From a virus (lineage: Duplodnaviria; Heunggongvirae; Uroviricota; Caudoviricetes): a DNA stretch of 41,069 nucleotides. Positions within the stretch are counted from its first letter, which is position 1, and every line of letters begins with the position of its first letter. Below, piece by piece: positions 17,526 through 26,862 of this stretch. The notes below the pieces were generated by a model, which did no database searches, was not told where the DNA came from, and saw nothing but the letters and a program-made list of their open reading frames with translations. The translations under genes and the position numbers were made by a program. Where the stretch lies: IMG/VR virus record IMGVR_UViG_2541047748_000013; one strand, written 5' to 3'.

Positions 17526-19996
17526 CAGAATCCCCCAACAGTAAGGCGAGGAATAACGGCAAGAACAGACAGCGGCAACGGGTCAAGCTGACGGATTTTT
17601 ACACGTCCGTTTTTGCCCCAGTTACTGTCCAGTTTCACTTCTACTTTTCCGGTAGCGTCATCAACAGGATCATCGTAGAACTCGAATTCACGCTGTGGAT
17701 ATTCGTACCATTTACCGCCGGGCGTAGTCGCCCAGATGCCGCGACTGGCATTCACAACCAGAGTAACAGACGGGATCACCTGTTTTTTGTCCAGCAGCGT
17801 TTCCTGTCCGTTAATGTTGATATCCAGTGTTTCGAATTCAGCAGTTATTGGCAGGCCGATGTGCACTACAGCCCCCGGAGATTCCAGCGTGACGGCACCT
17901 CCGGAAACCACTTTCTGTGGTTCCACGTTCGCATCAGAGAGGATGTTTACGGTCTGGCCTTCAAGATGAGACAAGCCGCCAAATGTCCGGCGCGCCATCT
18001 GCCAGTTCGTGGTGGCCACATTCCTGAGGGATGGCGGGACGTTCCTGTTAGCACGAACCACTACAGCGGTATTGCTGGTTACAGAAATAATGTCGCAACG
18101 TAATTCTTTTGACACCTCATCGCCAGTATCAGGATCAGTTCCGGTATAAGGGAACTGTAGTTGCGCGCCGACATCACTACTGGTGAAGTACGCACCACCA
18201 GAAACACTGATTGTATATTCCGCGCGGTAATCCCATTCGCCAGAACCACCAGTGATGATCATCGTTCTGTCAGACGTATTTCTTCCATCATAGCTAAGGC
18301 CAGAATCAACAAAGAAAGCATCTTCATCGCTGGTAAATAAACGGCTGGACAGTCGCTCGATGTATCTCACTGTTTGCCCGTTAACGGTTCGGTTAATGAC
18401 GAAATACACCGCATCTTCATTGCCTTCGCTGATACTGCATGTGCTTTCATATTTTCCGGTACTGGACTGTGGTGCCCATGCAAAAACCTGTTGATCACGC
18501 AAATAGGTCATCACCAGTAATTTACCGTCATCACGAATGCAGAAGGCGCTGGAGTAAGGGACTATCGAGAAGCACCAGTCAACAATGCTGTGCTTCTGAA
18601 AAAGATGATTGGCAAGGATAGTAAGGTCGTTCCCCTGATAGCCGTCAACATCGAATGAGTAGGCCAGATCACGGACAACACTGCCTTTCTCCTGGACGAA
18701 CAGAGCAATATTCGCCACGGCAATTGGTGGGACATTGCTCGAGCCATTTGATCCCTGAGAGCTGAATGCAAATGATGATGGGGTAAGCACTTTGTTCTGG
18801 TCGCCAGTGATGACGTACTCACCTCCGGAAGTCAGCGCCACCAGCGAACCAACATCAATCAGGTGACGGATCTCATTAACCTGACGCCCGGCATAGGTGT
18901 AGATAATTCTGTCGTCATCCTGCGTAGGATTGCTTTTGCCAAAATCCTTATAATCCCCGGTACGGCTGGCCCAGATAGTCTGAGGAAACGCAGTCGATGC
19001 GGCGAAGTAAAGACGTTGTTGATAATAAACAACAGTGCCAGGATAACCATTAACACTGTTCCAGGCATATTTAGCCCATTTATAGCTGGCATTATCCTCG
19101 CCCACGACCTGCGAAGGGATATAGGAAATCACCTCGGCAGTTGCAGTAGTTCCATTTGCAGCAGTGATACGGGCAATGCCAAAACCACTGTGCAGATATT
19201 CCCACTCAATGCCAGTATCATCATCACCGGATCCGCCCCAGCCATCCCATGATGTGCCTTCTGTATGCGAAGGGCGCAAAGTACCTGTTTTGCCTGCTGT
19301 AACGGCGCGATAGTAGTTACTGTCTGCACGGCGAATATCGCCAATCGACGTACTCTTACTGGTTTCCCATACCGGCACAGAATCCACTGCAGGCTGTTCC
19401 AGATAGAACAATTTGCCTACCTGCTCCGCGCCAAAAATAGAGGCGCTTGCCGTTAGCGTAATTGTCCCGGTGCTGGCGCTGGCATAAACCGTCACTGACT
19501 CGTCAATATTGATATCTTCAAATGGCCCGTTCTTCGTTACCACATCAACCAGTTGCCAGTTGTCATGCGCATAGCGGCGCAACTCTTTCGGCGGGTATGC
19601 CGGATGAACCAGCGTAAGCACGTCTGCGCTTTGCGTGAATTTAATTCGGAACAGATCGGCTTCAGTATATGGCGTGGAAATTTCATAAATAACATTGCTG
19701 CTGTTCAGCACCAACGCACCATCTTTGATAACGCGCATGTACTGGTGTCCGAACTCCAGAGCATAAGTCTGAACCGTCGAGAACTGGAACGGGATCAGGC
19801 GGCATTTCCGATTTGGGTATTTGGCGGCACCGACAAAACGCGTACCAGGTCGATTCTCAACTCCGCCATACTGCCGCACGATAAAGTTATCGCACTTGCG
19901 CAATGCCACCTGGTACTTCGCCATGTCAATACGACCGTACAACGACGGTCCAATCTCACCACCGGCAAAGCTGGGCTGGATCCAACTGATAGCCAT
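17525..19996 (-). CDS. Tail tubular protein B-like (nozzle)
   Basis: 823 aa, follows a 201-aa tail tubular A-like gene; size and order as T7 gp11/gp12. Confidence 0.55.
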   Translation of the reverse strand: MAISWIQPSFAGGEIGPSLYGRIDMAKYQVALRKCDNFIVRQYGGVENRPGTRFVGAAKYPNRKCRLIPFQFSTVQTYALEFGHQYMRVIKDGALVLNSSNVIYEISTPYTEADLFRIKFTQSADVLTLVHPAYPPKELRRYAHDNWQLVDVVTKNGPFEDINIDESVTVYASASTGTITLTASASIFGAEQVGKLFYLEQPAVDSVPVWETSKSTSIGDIRRADSNYYRAVTAGKTGTLRPSHTEGTSWDGWGGSGDDDTGIEWEYLHSGFGIARITAANGTTATAEVISYIPSQVVGEDNASYKWAKYAWNSVNGYPGTVVYYQQRLYFAASTAFPQTIWASRTGDYKDFGKSNPTQDDDRIIYTYAGRQVNEIRHLIDVGSLVALTSGGEYVITGDQNKVLTPSSFAFSSQGSNGSSNVPPIAVANIALFVQEKGSVVRDLAYSFDVDGYQGNDLTILANHLFQKHSIVDWCFSIVPYSSAFCIRDDGKLLVMTYLRDQQVFAWAPQSSTGKYESTCSISEGNEDAVYFVINRTVNGQTVRYIERLSSRLFTSDEDAFFVDSGLSYDGRNTSDRTMIITGGSGEWDYRAEYTISVSGGAYFTSSDVGAQLQFPYTGTDPDTGDEVSKELRCDIISVTSNTAVVVRANRNVPPSLRNVATTNWQMARRTFGGLSHLEGQTVNILSDANVEPQKVVSGGAVTLESPGAVVHIGLPITAEFETLDININGQETLLDKKQVIPSVTLVVNASRGIWATTPGGKWYEYPQREFEFYDDPVDDATGKVEVKLDSNWGKNGRVKIRQLDPLPLSVLAVIPRLTVGGF

Positions 19997-20601
19997 CAGG
20001 ACAACCTCGCAATGGTAAACTCGTCAACCGGTGGCAGTGGTTCCTGTGATTCATTCTGGCTATGCGAGCCAGCACTAAGAATCACGCGATTGTACATATT
20101 GAGGGCAAACGTACCGAGGTCTGCATTCCCAGTCAGCGCCATGTTAATAGCTGCCGCAAGACGCCAGGCCAACGCCTCCATAAAAATGGCATCAAACATG
20201 TTCACATCTGAAACGCGAGAGACATACTTGAGCCATGCCTGCGGCTGGTCTGTGTAGATCAACTTTCCTGTTCCGTTGGTGTCTGCACCAACTTCGTACT
20301 GAACGCGCATTGCTGCTGTTGGATTGCGTACACCAGGAAGCATAATTTCAGTAATGCGCAGACAATCGGACGGGTACTGATACGCATATTCCCAGTCAGG
20401 CGGTGGATTGCTCGTATCTGCAAGCGCCACGCGTTTGGTAGCAAAGTTCCAGTCAAAATCAGAAAGCACAGCATCACGGCAGGCCTCAAAGTGCAGCGAA
20501 CATTCCCCCGCTTCCTTGCTGGCTTCCGTCAGGCTGTTAATGCTGCGGCTATTGCCAATATTGGACAGCGCACGATTGCAGATCTCTACTACAGAGGCCA
20601 T
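19996..20601 (-). CDS. Tail tubular protein A-like (adaptor)
   Basis: 201 aa; position between head-completion genes and tubular B-like. Confidence 0.5.
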   Translation of the reverse strand: MASVVEICNRALSNIGNSRSINSLTEASKEAGECSLHFEACRDAVLSDFDWNFATKRVALADTSNPPPDWEYAYQYPSDCLRITEIMLPGVRNPTAAMRVQYEVGADTNGTGKLIYTDQPQAWLKYVSRVSDVNMFDAIFMEALAWRLAAAINMALTGNADLGTFALNMYNRVILSAGSHSQNESQEPLPPVDEFTIARLS

Positions 20602-20930
20602 TACTCACCCCCATTGCCGTACAGGGTTTCAGCCGCTGATTTTTCTACATCCCCGGAAACAGGAGCGATCGCCATATCAGTGATCTGCAGATCGGCGCTG
20701 CGATTAACACCATCGTCAGTTTCTCTGGCAGACAGGCCTCGAATAACAGCTTTTGCAGTTATCATCACTTCTGTTCCGACGCCCTGAGGTTGCGCCTTCA
20801 GCTTATTCAATGTGTCGTTATTAAGAGTGATGCACAGCCCCCACGGGTATTCATCGCGAGTTCTGGTTTCTCCGCTCTCATCCTGGTAGCTGTCAGTGCC
20901 GGTTTTGAGGTTTACGAGTTCCATATACAC
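20601..20930 (-). CDS. Virion-module hypothetical protein
   Basis: 109 aa, contiguous with structural operon. Confidence 0.45.
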   Translation of the reverse strand: MYMELVNLKTGTDSYQDESGETRTRDEYPWGLCITLNNDTLNKLKAQPQGVGTEVMITAKAVIRGLSARETDDGVNRSADLQITDMAIAPVSGDVEKSAAETLYGNGGE

Positions 20931-20974
20931 TCCTGCAATAAAGGGGCCGAAGCCCCTTGTCGGATTCGCGAGGC

Positions 20975-21319
20975 TTACACGCCTAGTTCTTTACGCTTAT
21001 CTGCGATCTTCTCGCGGAGCGTTTCGGCTTTAGCGTTATGGTGTGGCTTCTCGTTAAAGAGCAATTCGTACTCTTCACGGAGCTTATCCAGTTCACCATC
21101 ATCTGACACATCGTTGATGATTTTGGTGCTGGTTGCTGCCATTGACACCTTTCCTGCAACTTTTGCTTTTGCCTGTCTGGCTGCATCGTTAACAGGTTCC
21201 AGTGCGCTACCAGGCTCACCTTCGTATTCGATTTCTGCCCCCTCCGGCCACAGTGTGTTATGGATATGAGAGAGGCGCAGAACGCGGTATCTTGGTTTCT
21301 CACCTGACATCGATATCAC
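20975..21319 (-). CDS. Virion-module hypothetical protein
   Basis: 114 aa, contiguous with structural operon. Confidence 0.45.
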   Translation of the reverse strand: MISMSGEKPRYRVLRLSHIHNTLWPEGAEIEYEGEPGSALEPVNDAARQAKAKVAGKVSMAATSTKIINDVSDDGELDKLREEYELLFNEKPHHNAKAETLREKIADKRKELGV

Positions 21320-21320
21320 C

Positions 21321-21758
21321 TTAACCAGTTACTTTTGAGCGGATCGGATACGGCGTATTGGCATCAACATCAAGACTGATACCAGCAGTGAATTCGCCAG
21401 CCGTTAGCGGGCCAGTTGCGACGGAGTAGTTAACACGCAGATATCGCTGAACACCGGCAGGCACCTTTGCAGAAACAACTCGTTTACCTGCTGTCAGGGC
21501 GGTCTTTGCCAGTGCACCACTATCATAAATAGTGGTCCATGAGCTGTTATCCTCACTCGTCTGCAACTGGATGTTTACAGTTGCATCACCGCTTGCTGCG
21601 GCGGCTGTGTTAACCAGCGCCCAAAACTCAAGCGGGTAACCCACGCCGATATCACGACGTTTTCCGTCAATTGGACCGAGATCGATTACGTCAGTAGAAG
21701 CCGCGGTATCAGTTACCGCCTGTGCTTCGGAGAACATCAACAGTTTGTCGGTGATCAT
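21321..21758 (-). CDS. Possible capsid decoration / Ig-like protein
   Basis: 145 aa, immediately downstream of major capsid gene; beta-rich composition. Confidence 0.4.
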   Translation of the reverse strand: MITDKLLMFSEAQAVTDTAASTDVIDLGPIDGKRRDIGVGYPLEFWALVNTAAAASGDATVNIQLQTSEDNSSWTTIYDSGALAKTALTAGKRVVSAKVPAGVQRYLRVNYSVATGPLTAGEFTAGISLDVDANTPYPIRSKVTG

Positions 21759-21809
21759 CTTCTTTCTCCATTAGTGGGTCTGTTACGACCCACAGGTTAA
21801 TAACAGGCG

Positions 21810-22802
21810 TTACACCACGCGGGCTTCTGTTTCCAGAAGCGCATCAGTTTCACGGATTGGTACACCACGGAATGAAGTCCACCACTCGCCTTCTGTCTCT
21901 TTTACGCTGATAGCCAGAGATGTTTTCTCCAGAGACTGCAGATCAAGAGCCTGGCCTACAGTGCGGTTCATGTAGAACACCGGGCGGCCCATGCCACGGT
22001 TTGGAATGCGATGCAGTGCTTTAACCATCAACTTCGCAATATTTGCGGCAGAGGATGGTTCTGAAAGATTGCTGACATCGATGTTTGCAATGCGAACAAC
22101 ATAACGCCAGTCACGCAGAGCAAGTCCGTTATCCCATTTGTAATGGGTGCGATAGCCTTCGTACTTGCCGCCATTAGCATCTTCCAGTGTCACCTGGCCT
22201 TTATCTTCCATCTGGATGCCAGCCTTCTGCCCTTTCGGGAAGATGCCATGCACGGTGTTTTCGCCCCACACCACTAACCAGATTGAGGTGTTATCTGTAC
22301 CCGTGCCACCAGCATCAATGATGTTCTGAGCATTACCCGCAGACAGGCTGGAATAGCGGGAGGACAGTCCCATAAACTGCTGAGGATTAACGCTGGAATC
22401 ACCATAAAACAGCGTCTGCGCCATCTGCTGATTCATCGCTTCAATAAATGCGCGGTCTTCAGAAAGGCGGAATTCGGCGGTATTGCCGTTCAGATCAGCC
22501 AGTGACTTATCGACTTCCGCATAGGTTTCCAGCATGCCAACGGAATCGGTTACCTGCACTGTGGTTGATTTGCTTGGCTGTACGCCATAGTTCAGCAAAC
22601 GCCAGGTAGCTGAAGGTAAACCAGAACGAATGGTGGTTCGGTGTCCGGTAGGAAGGTTCCCTTCGACAAAAGGCATATCCTGAAGGATCGGGTTAGTTTG
22701 ACCGAGAAGCTCGATAATCTTATCGACTTTCCCGTTTGGATCGACGCGCTTACCCCAGTCAGCCAGCGTTAGCGCAGTTAAGCCTTTAACAGCCATTGTC
22801 AT
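21810..22802 (-). CDS. Major capsid protein
   Basis: 330 aa, follows scaffold gene in the canonical terminase-portal-scaffold-capsid order. Confidence 0.7.
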   Translation of the reverse strand: MTMAVKGLTALTLADWGKRVDPNGKVDKIIELLGQTNPILQDMPFVEGNLPTGHRTTIRSGLPSATWRLLNYGVQPSKSTTVQVTDSVGMLETYAEVDKSLADLNGNTAEFRLSEDRAFIEAMNQQMAQTLFYGDSSVNPQQFMGLSSRYSSLSAGNAQNIIDAGGTGTDNTSIWLVVWGENTVHGIFPKGQKAGIQMEDKGQVTLEDANGGKYEGYRTHYKWDNGLALRDWRYVVRIANIDVSNLSEPSSAANIAKLMVKALHRIPNRGMGRPVFYMNRTVGQALDLQSLEKTSLAISVKETEGEWWTSFRGVPIRETDALLETEARVV

Positions 22803-22810
22803 TTCCTCTC

Positions 22811-23512
22811 TTATTTGCCATAGAGCACTTCGGCCGCACTACGCTGGCCTTCATTACTACCGGTGACCATGCCATCTTCAGACATCGCCTTTCCGATTTT
22901 CACGAACGTTTTGACCAGATCAGGGTGATTACCCAGCCCGGTGGTGTTCAGATATTCTTTGAGTTCAGGTGTCCCGAACTGGTCAAGCGCACGCTGTGCG
23001 GCGCTAAGGTTAGAAATCAACTTGTCGCCACCGATTTCTTTGTCAGCTTTTACATCAGCAGCCCACTGCTCGGTTGTTTTCTGCCAGGCTTCTGCCTGGC
23101 GCTGCTGCACACCTGCCAGAATCTTCGGATAAGCATCAACCAGCTTTTGCGCTTGCTCGTTGGTCAGGTTTAGTTCTCGCGCCACCGGCTCGAATTCCTT
23201 CAACGCTTCTGTATCCAGCTCTACGCCTTCGGCAGCCTGAAACTCGTACTTTTCAGGCGCACCCTCTGGTTTATCGCCGTCCTTTTTTTCATCCTGCTTA
23301 TCGTTTTCAGGCTTTTTGTCATCAGCAGGTTTATCGCCATCAGCAACAGGTTGTGGCTTATCACCTTCCTGTTGTGATGGATCACCAACTGGAGCAGGGT
23401 TATCACCTGCAGGCGCTGACGGTTCTGACGCAGCCGGAGCTGCTCCACCATCGACTGGTTGCTCATTGCAAAGACGGCGATACAGCAAACGCTCAAATAA
23501 ATTCATGATCAC
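22811..23512 (-). CDS. Scaffolding protein
   Basis: 233 aa, acidic, Pro/Asp/Lys-rich low-complexity N-terminal half, between portal and capsid. Confidence 0.65.
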   Translation of the reverse strand: MIMNLFERLLYRRLCNEQPVDGGAAPAASEPSAPAGDNPAPVGDPSQQEGDKPQPVADGDKPADDKKPENDKQDEKKDGDKPEGAPEKYEFQAAEGVELDTEALKEFEPVARELNLTNEQAQKLVDAYPKILAGVQQRQAEAWQKTTEQWAADVKADKEIGGDKLISNLSAAQRALDQFGTPELKEYLNTTGLGNHPDLVKTFVKIGKAMSEDGMVTGSNEGQRSAAEVLYGK

Positions 23513-23805
23513 TCCTGTTCACTGGCCTCTTTGGCCATCTTCAAATACTGTTCAGGGCAATGCGCCATAACGCGCTGAAACAGTTCCAGCGCCAGATTGC
23601 GTTGCCCCTCATTAAATGCCATTGCCATAGCGTCCATCGGTGAGATAGCGGAAAACACACGGCCTTTCTCCAGCACCGACCAGACAACGCGACGCCCCTG
23701 TTCACTGCTCATGACAAAGCGAATGTCATCAATTTCACGCTGTGCCATGTCACGTTGCTTACGGGCGTTTTCTTCTTTCAGTTGATCATCTTCGTAATCT
23801 GTCAT
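23509..23805 (-). CDS. Hypothetical head-assembly protein
   Basis: 98 aa, 4-nt overlaps with portal and scaffold genes. Confidence 0.5.
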   Translation of the reverse strand: MTDYEDDQLKEENARKQRDMAQREIDDIRFVMSSEQGRRVVWSVLEKGRVFSAISPMDAMAMAFNEGQRNLALELFQRVMAHCPEQYLKMAKEASEQE

Positions 23806-25481
23806 TGTGATTGCCCACCCTGACCACTAACTGCATTCGCCATAGCTGACAAAACACTCGGATCCGAAGTTTTAGCTTCGCTTAGCGTCTTGGCACCCTG
23901 TGCCGCCGCCATCCCCATCGCCATCATTTGTTGCTGCTGTTGTTGCTGTGCCCGTTGCTGGCGAGCCTGCTCAACCTGTTCCTGCGGAACAATGACGGTT
24001 GGAGACACTCCGGACATATCAGCGAATGCATCGATCGCCTGATCAACGTTGAGTTTGTCGAGAGCTTCTGGTTTCGCTTGCGCAAGTTGACCAATGAAGT
24101 TAACCGTGGACGCCAGACTGGACAGGCCGATAGACTTCTGCGCCTGAGCCATGACGGAAATGTATTCGACCTTCAGGGGCATACCTTCCATCACGTCTGG
24201 CGGTGGCGGCAGCATGTTTTTACGCACCATCATCGAGAAAGAGCGGTCAATGAGAGGATTAAGACATTCGTCGTTCAGACGCTCCAGAACCGGCCCCAAC
24301 ATCAGAAGTTTTTCTTCTTTCATTTCGATCACCGCTTCAACAGGCATCGAGCGGGTATTGATGTTCTGCAACATCATGAACAGATCGACAAAGTAGGCGC
24401 TGTTAATGATTTGACGAGTGTCCTGAATGTCTGCCACCAAATCTGCTGTACTGGGGTTAACCAGATAAGCAGGCCTGAAACCATCCTGACCAGTAATCTG
24501 ATCGATATACGTGATGTCGCCAGGAAGAAGGGAGGCACGCTGATTCTTGAGGGAAGTCGGAGCAACCATCGGCGGATTGGTGGCTTTATCAATCAACTGC
24601 GACTTGCGCTTCTGAAGAAGCTGCAATGCCTTAACAGATCCAAGCGCCAGCATACCCGGGCATGATGATCCATAAACATCTTCGCCGTTAACTTCCCAGC
24701 GCGGAGCCATAATTGGAAACTCATCGAATCCGGACTCACGCAACAACTTGTCGTTATCGCCACCAACCTCGTAATAAACCGATTTGAATGGCTTGTTCTT
24801 GCTATCCAGCTTCGATGTATCGCGGTCAATGTTCGGGTAAACCGAATGCATCACTTCAATCCACTTCTCGTAGGTGCCGCTTTCCCACATGCTTTTTACG
24901 GATTCGCTGACGTTATTTAGTCCGAACTCCTGAACAAGCTGACGAACAGTCATAGAGAACTTGCGAAAACAGGTGTCCACACTGCCACGAGGTGAGTTAG
25001 CCAGGTAGTAACTGCCTATCGGGAATGGCATTGTGCGAATGATGTCCTCGTCATCCTCCAGCACTGCCATTGCACCAGTGCTGTATGTGCCGAGGCTTCC
25101 GTATAACTGCGGCAGCGACTGATAGAGATTCGACTTATTGAACATATCGTTCATGCGGTTCTGCACCGCCTCAAGCCACAACTTAACAGGGCCATAATCC
25201 ATCATTTCAGGATCTGGCGTAGCCAGGCGAAACCACGGACGCGCGGGGCTTGTGATGCCTGACATCATGCCGCTGGCGAGAGTGCGCGCCGCCATAGTCC
25301 CGGTCGAATCAATAATGCGTGTATTGCGTCGATCGTTACGGTTAACCTCAGAAGTCAGAAAGCGGGAACCACGCGGGTTGATGTAATCACTCAACTCGCG
25401 CCAGTGCGGCTCGAACGACTGACGCTCGCTTTCAAGTTGTGCGAACTGTTTGTTCAATCGCTCTTTAGTTGTTTCCGCCAT
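23802..25481 (-). CDS. Portal (head-to-tail connector) protein
   Basis: 559 aa, first large gene after terminase; Gln/Ala/Met-rich C-terminus reminiscent of T7 gp8; GGAG RBS. Confidence 0.75.
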   Translation of the reverse strand: MAETTKERLNKQFAQLESERQSFEPHWRELSDYINPRGSRFLTSEVNRNDRRNTRIIDSTGTMAARTLASGMMSGITSPARPWFRLATPDPEMMDYGPVKLWLEAVQNRMNDMFNKSNLYQSLPQLYGSLGTYSTGAMAVLEDDEDIIRTMPFPIGSYYLANSPRGSVDTCFRKFSMTVRQLVQEFGLNNVSESVKSMWESGTYEKWIEVMHSVYPNIDRDTSKLDSKNKPFKSVYYEVGGDNDKLLRESGFDEFPIMAPRWEVNGEDVYGSSCPGMLALGSVKALQLLQKRKSQLIDKATNPPMVAPTSLKNQRASLLPGDITYIDQITGQDGFRPAYLVNPSTADLVADIQDTRQIINSAYFVDLFMMLQNINTRSMPVEAVIEMKEEKLLMLGPVLERLNDECLNPLIDRSFSMMVRKNMLPPPPDVMEGMPLKVEYISVMAQAQKSIGLSSLASTVNFIGQLAQAKPEALDKLNVDQAIDAFADMSGVSPTVIVPQEQVEQARQQRAQQQQQQQMMAMGMAAAQGAKTLSEAKTSDPSVLSAMANAVSGQGGQSQ

Positions 25482-25495
25482 TTCAATGACTCCGG

Positions 25496-25702
25496 TTACT
25501 GACCAAGCAGCGTTTTACCGCTGGTATTAGCGGTTGATGTGTCGCCCTGAGAACCGGTAAGCAGCGTAGAACTACGACCAGCAGCAACGCGACGGCGACG
25601 TGTTTCTTCGTCGCGGGCATCAACAACGGCGGCATCCTGCTCCTGTGGTGCTGCCTGAACTTCTGGTGTTGCAGGCACTGATGGTGAGCTACCCATGCAC
25701 AT
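25496..25702 (-). CDS. Small hydrophilic hypothetical protein
   Basis: 68 aa, GGAG RBS 9 nt upstream, stop 12 nt before portal start; preferred over overlapping 25483-25722 frame. Confidence 0.45.
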   Translation of the reverse strand: MCMGSSPSVPATPEVQAAPQEQDAAVVDARDEETRRRRVAAGRSSTLLTGSQGDTSTANTSGKTLLGQ

Positions 25703-25770
25703 ATCAATGACTCCGTACGCAATTAAATTATTACCAATTTAACCACATATGATTTATTTATCGTAGATAG

Positions 25771-25807
25771 TTGACATTTAACGCACAAATTATTACCTTT
25801 CAGGTAA
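25771..25807 (+). promoter_or_regulatory. Putative plus-strand promoter (TTGACA) with TTACC-N5-GGTAA dyad upstream of tRNA-Arg
   Basis: TTGACA at 25771-25776; dyad TTACCTTTCAGGTAA at 25793-25807 identical to the 6618 site. Confidence 0.4.
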
Positions 25808-26129
25808 CCAAAGAGTTCATTCCGGTTACTAACCTGACTGGCTTGTCGTTAAATTGAACAGGTGGAGTGAGCTTTTATTTTGAGCAGTACGGCGTATGGC
25901 ACATGCGCCGATAGCGGTCTGGATACGTTTAAGGGGCACCCTCCCTTGCTCGGGCAAACGAACCAGGTAGCCGGAATGTGCAAGTCGAGCGGTTTTATTC
26001 CGCGCACGGGGATTCACCATCCCGGCGATTCGGTGTGACGCCTCGGAAGAGACGAGGGTACAACGATGAGAGCATTTATGGAGCCGCGACAAAGTGTGGC
26101 GCCTTAACAGGCTAAGTGCTCTCAGCGTT

Positions 26130-26206
26130 GTGGCATTAGCTCAGTTGGACAGAGCAACCGCCTTCTAAGCGGTTGGTCGCAGGTTCGAATCCTGCATGCC
26201 ACGCCA
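26130..26206 (+). tRNA. tRNA-Arg (anticodon UCU)
   Basis: Manual cloverleaf: acceptor GTGGCAT/ATGCCAC, D-stem GCTC/GAGC, anticodon stem ACCGC/GCGGT with loop CTTCTAA, T-arm GCAGG-TTCGAAT-CCTGC, discriminator G, encoded CCA. Confidence 0.9.
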
Positions 26207-26249
26207 GAATCACGCCTAAGGACCGTGATGCCAGAAGTTCCAGGTGCTT

Positions 26250-26291
26250 GGCGGTGATGGTTTCCCTTGAAGGACTATCACCGCCCTTTTT
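26250..26291 (+). terminator. Intrinsic terminator downstream of tRNA-Arg
   Basis: GGCGGTGAT...ATCACCGCC stem followed by CTTTTT. Confidence 0.55.
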
Positions 26292-26400
26292 ACAGCAGGA
26301 CGCCATTGCGATGACTTCATGCTGTAAACCAGTACAGCCACGGAAGGCATAACTCATTGCTTCCGGTTCGCCGGGCATTTTTTTAAGGTGAGATTAGACT

Positions 26401-26772
26401 ATGAGTGACAAAGACATTGAATCTGAAATTCAGGCTAAAGGTTTAGCCGCGCCGCGCGTTACGCCAGACCATATCGAGAGCATTATTGCTCAGGAGGCAT
26501 ATTTCACAGCAGAAGATGGTGCCTTTGGCGTAGCCATAAAAGCGAAACATACTGGCGGAGAGGTAAACTACCAGCCGCACGAATCACTTTCTCTGCTGAC
26601 GTTCTGCGTCCTGGTGCTGCGCAACGGCTTCACCGTCACCGGAGAGAGCGCCTGTGCAAGCCCGGAAAACTTTGATGCGGAAATTGGTCGGAAGATTGCC
26701 CGGCAGAATGCTGTAAACAAAATCTGGATGCTTGAAGGTTACTTGCTGAAGCAGAAGTTAAGCGAGCAATAA
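26401..26772 (+). CDS. Gp49 / Sf6 gp66-family phage protein
   Basis: 123 aa; recalled resemblance to the Phage_gp49_66 family; plus-strand island inside the minus-strand late operon. Confidence 0.55.
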   Translation: MSDKDIESEIQAKGLAAPRVTPDHIESIIAQEAYFTAEDGAFGVAIKAKHTGGEVNYQPHESLSLLTFCVLVLRNGFTVTGESACASPENFDAEIGRKIARQNAVNKIWMLEGYLLKQKLSEQ

Positions 26773-26776
26773 CACC

Positions 26777-26788
26777 GTGACATGTCAC
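26777..26788. repeat. 12-bp palindrome GTGACATGTCAC, copy 2 of 3
   Basis: 4 nt after the Gp49-like stop, immediately followed by a terminator hairpin. Confidence 0.6.
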
Positions 26789-26791
26789 AAA

Positions 26792-26819
26792 CAGCCAGCC
26801 GATGAGCTGGCTTTGTTTT
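26792..26819 (+). terminator. Intrinsic terminator after the Gp49-like gene
   Basis: AGCCAGC cgatga GCTGGCT followed by TTGTTTT. Confidence 0.55.
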
Positions 26820-26862
26820 ATCCTCACCAGAGGATATCTCCGTCATTATCCCCGCTAACGGA

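Noticed and set aside
25483-25722. Alternative 79-aa frame overlapping the small gene upstream of portal
   Set aside because: His/Arg/Cys/Leu-rich junk-like translation; the 25496-25702 frame has a GGAG RBS and a plausible hydrophilic product.
25829-26092. Minus-strand ORF (87 aa) in the tRNA leader, and a second tRNA-like stretch (GGGGATTCACCATCCC)
   Set aside because: No RBS and an implausible product; the T-arm-like segment lacks a consistent acceptor and anticodon stem, so no second tRNA is called.
26136-26378. Minus-strand ORF (80 aa) overlapping tRNA-Arg
   Set aside because: Overlaps a confidently folded tRNA and its terminator.
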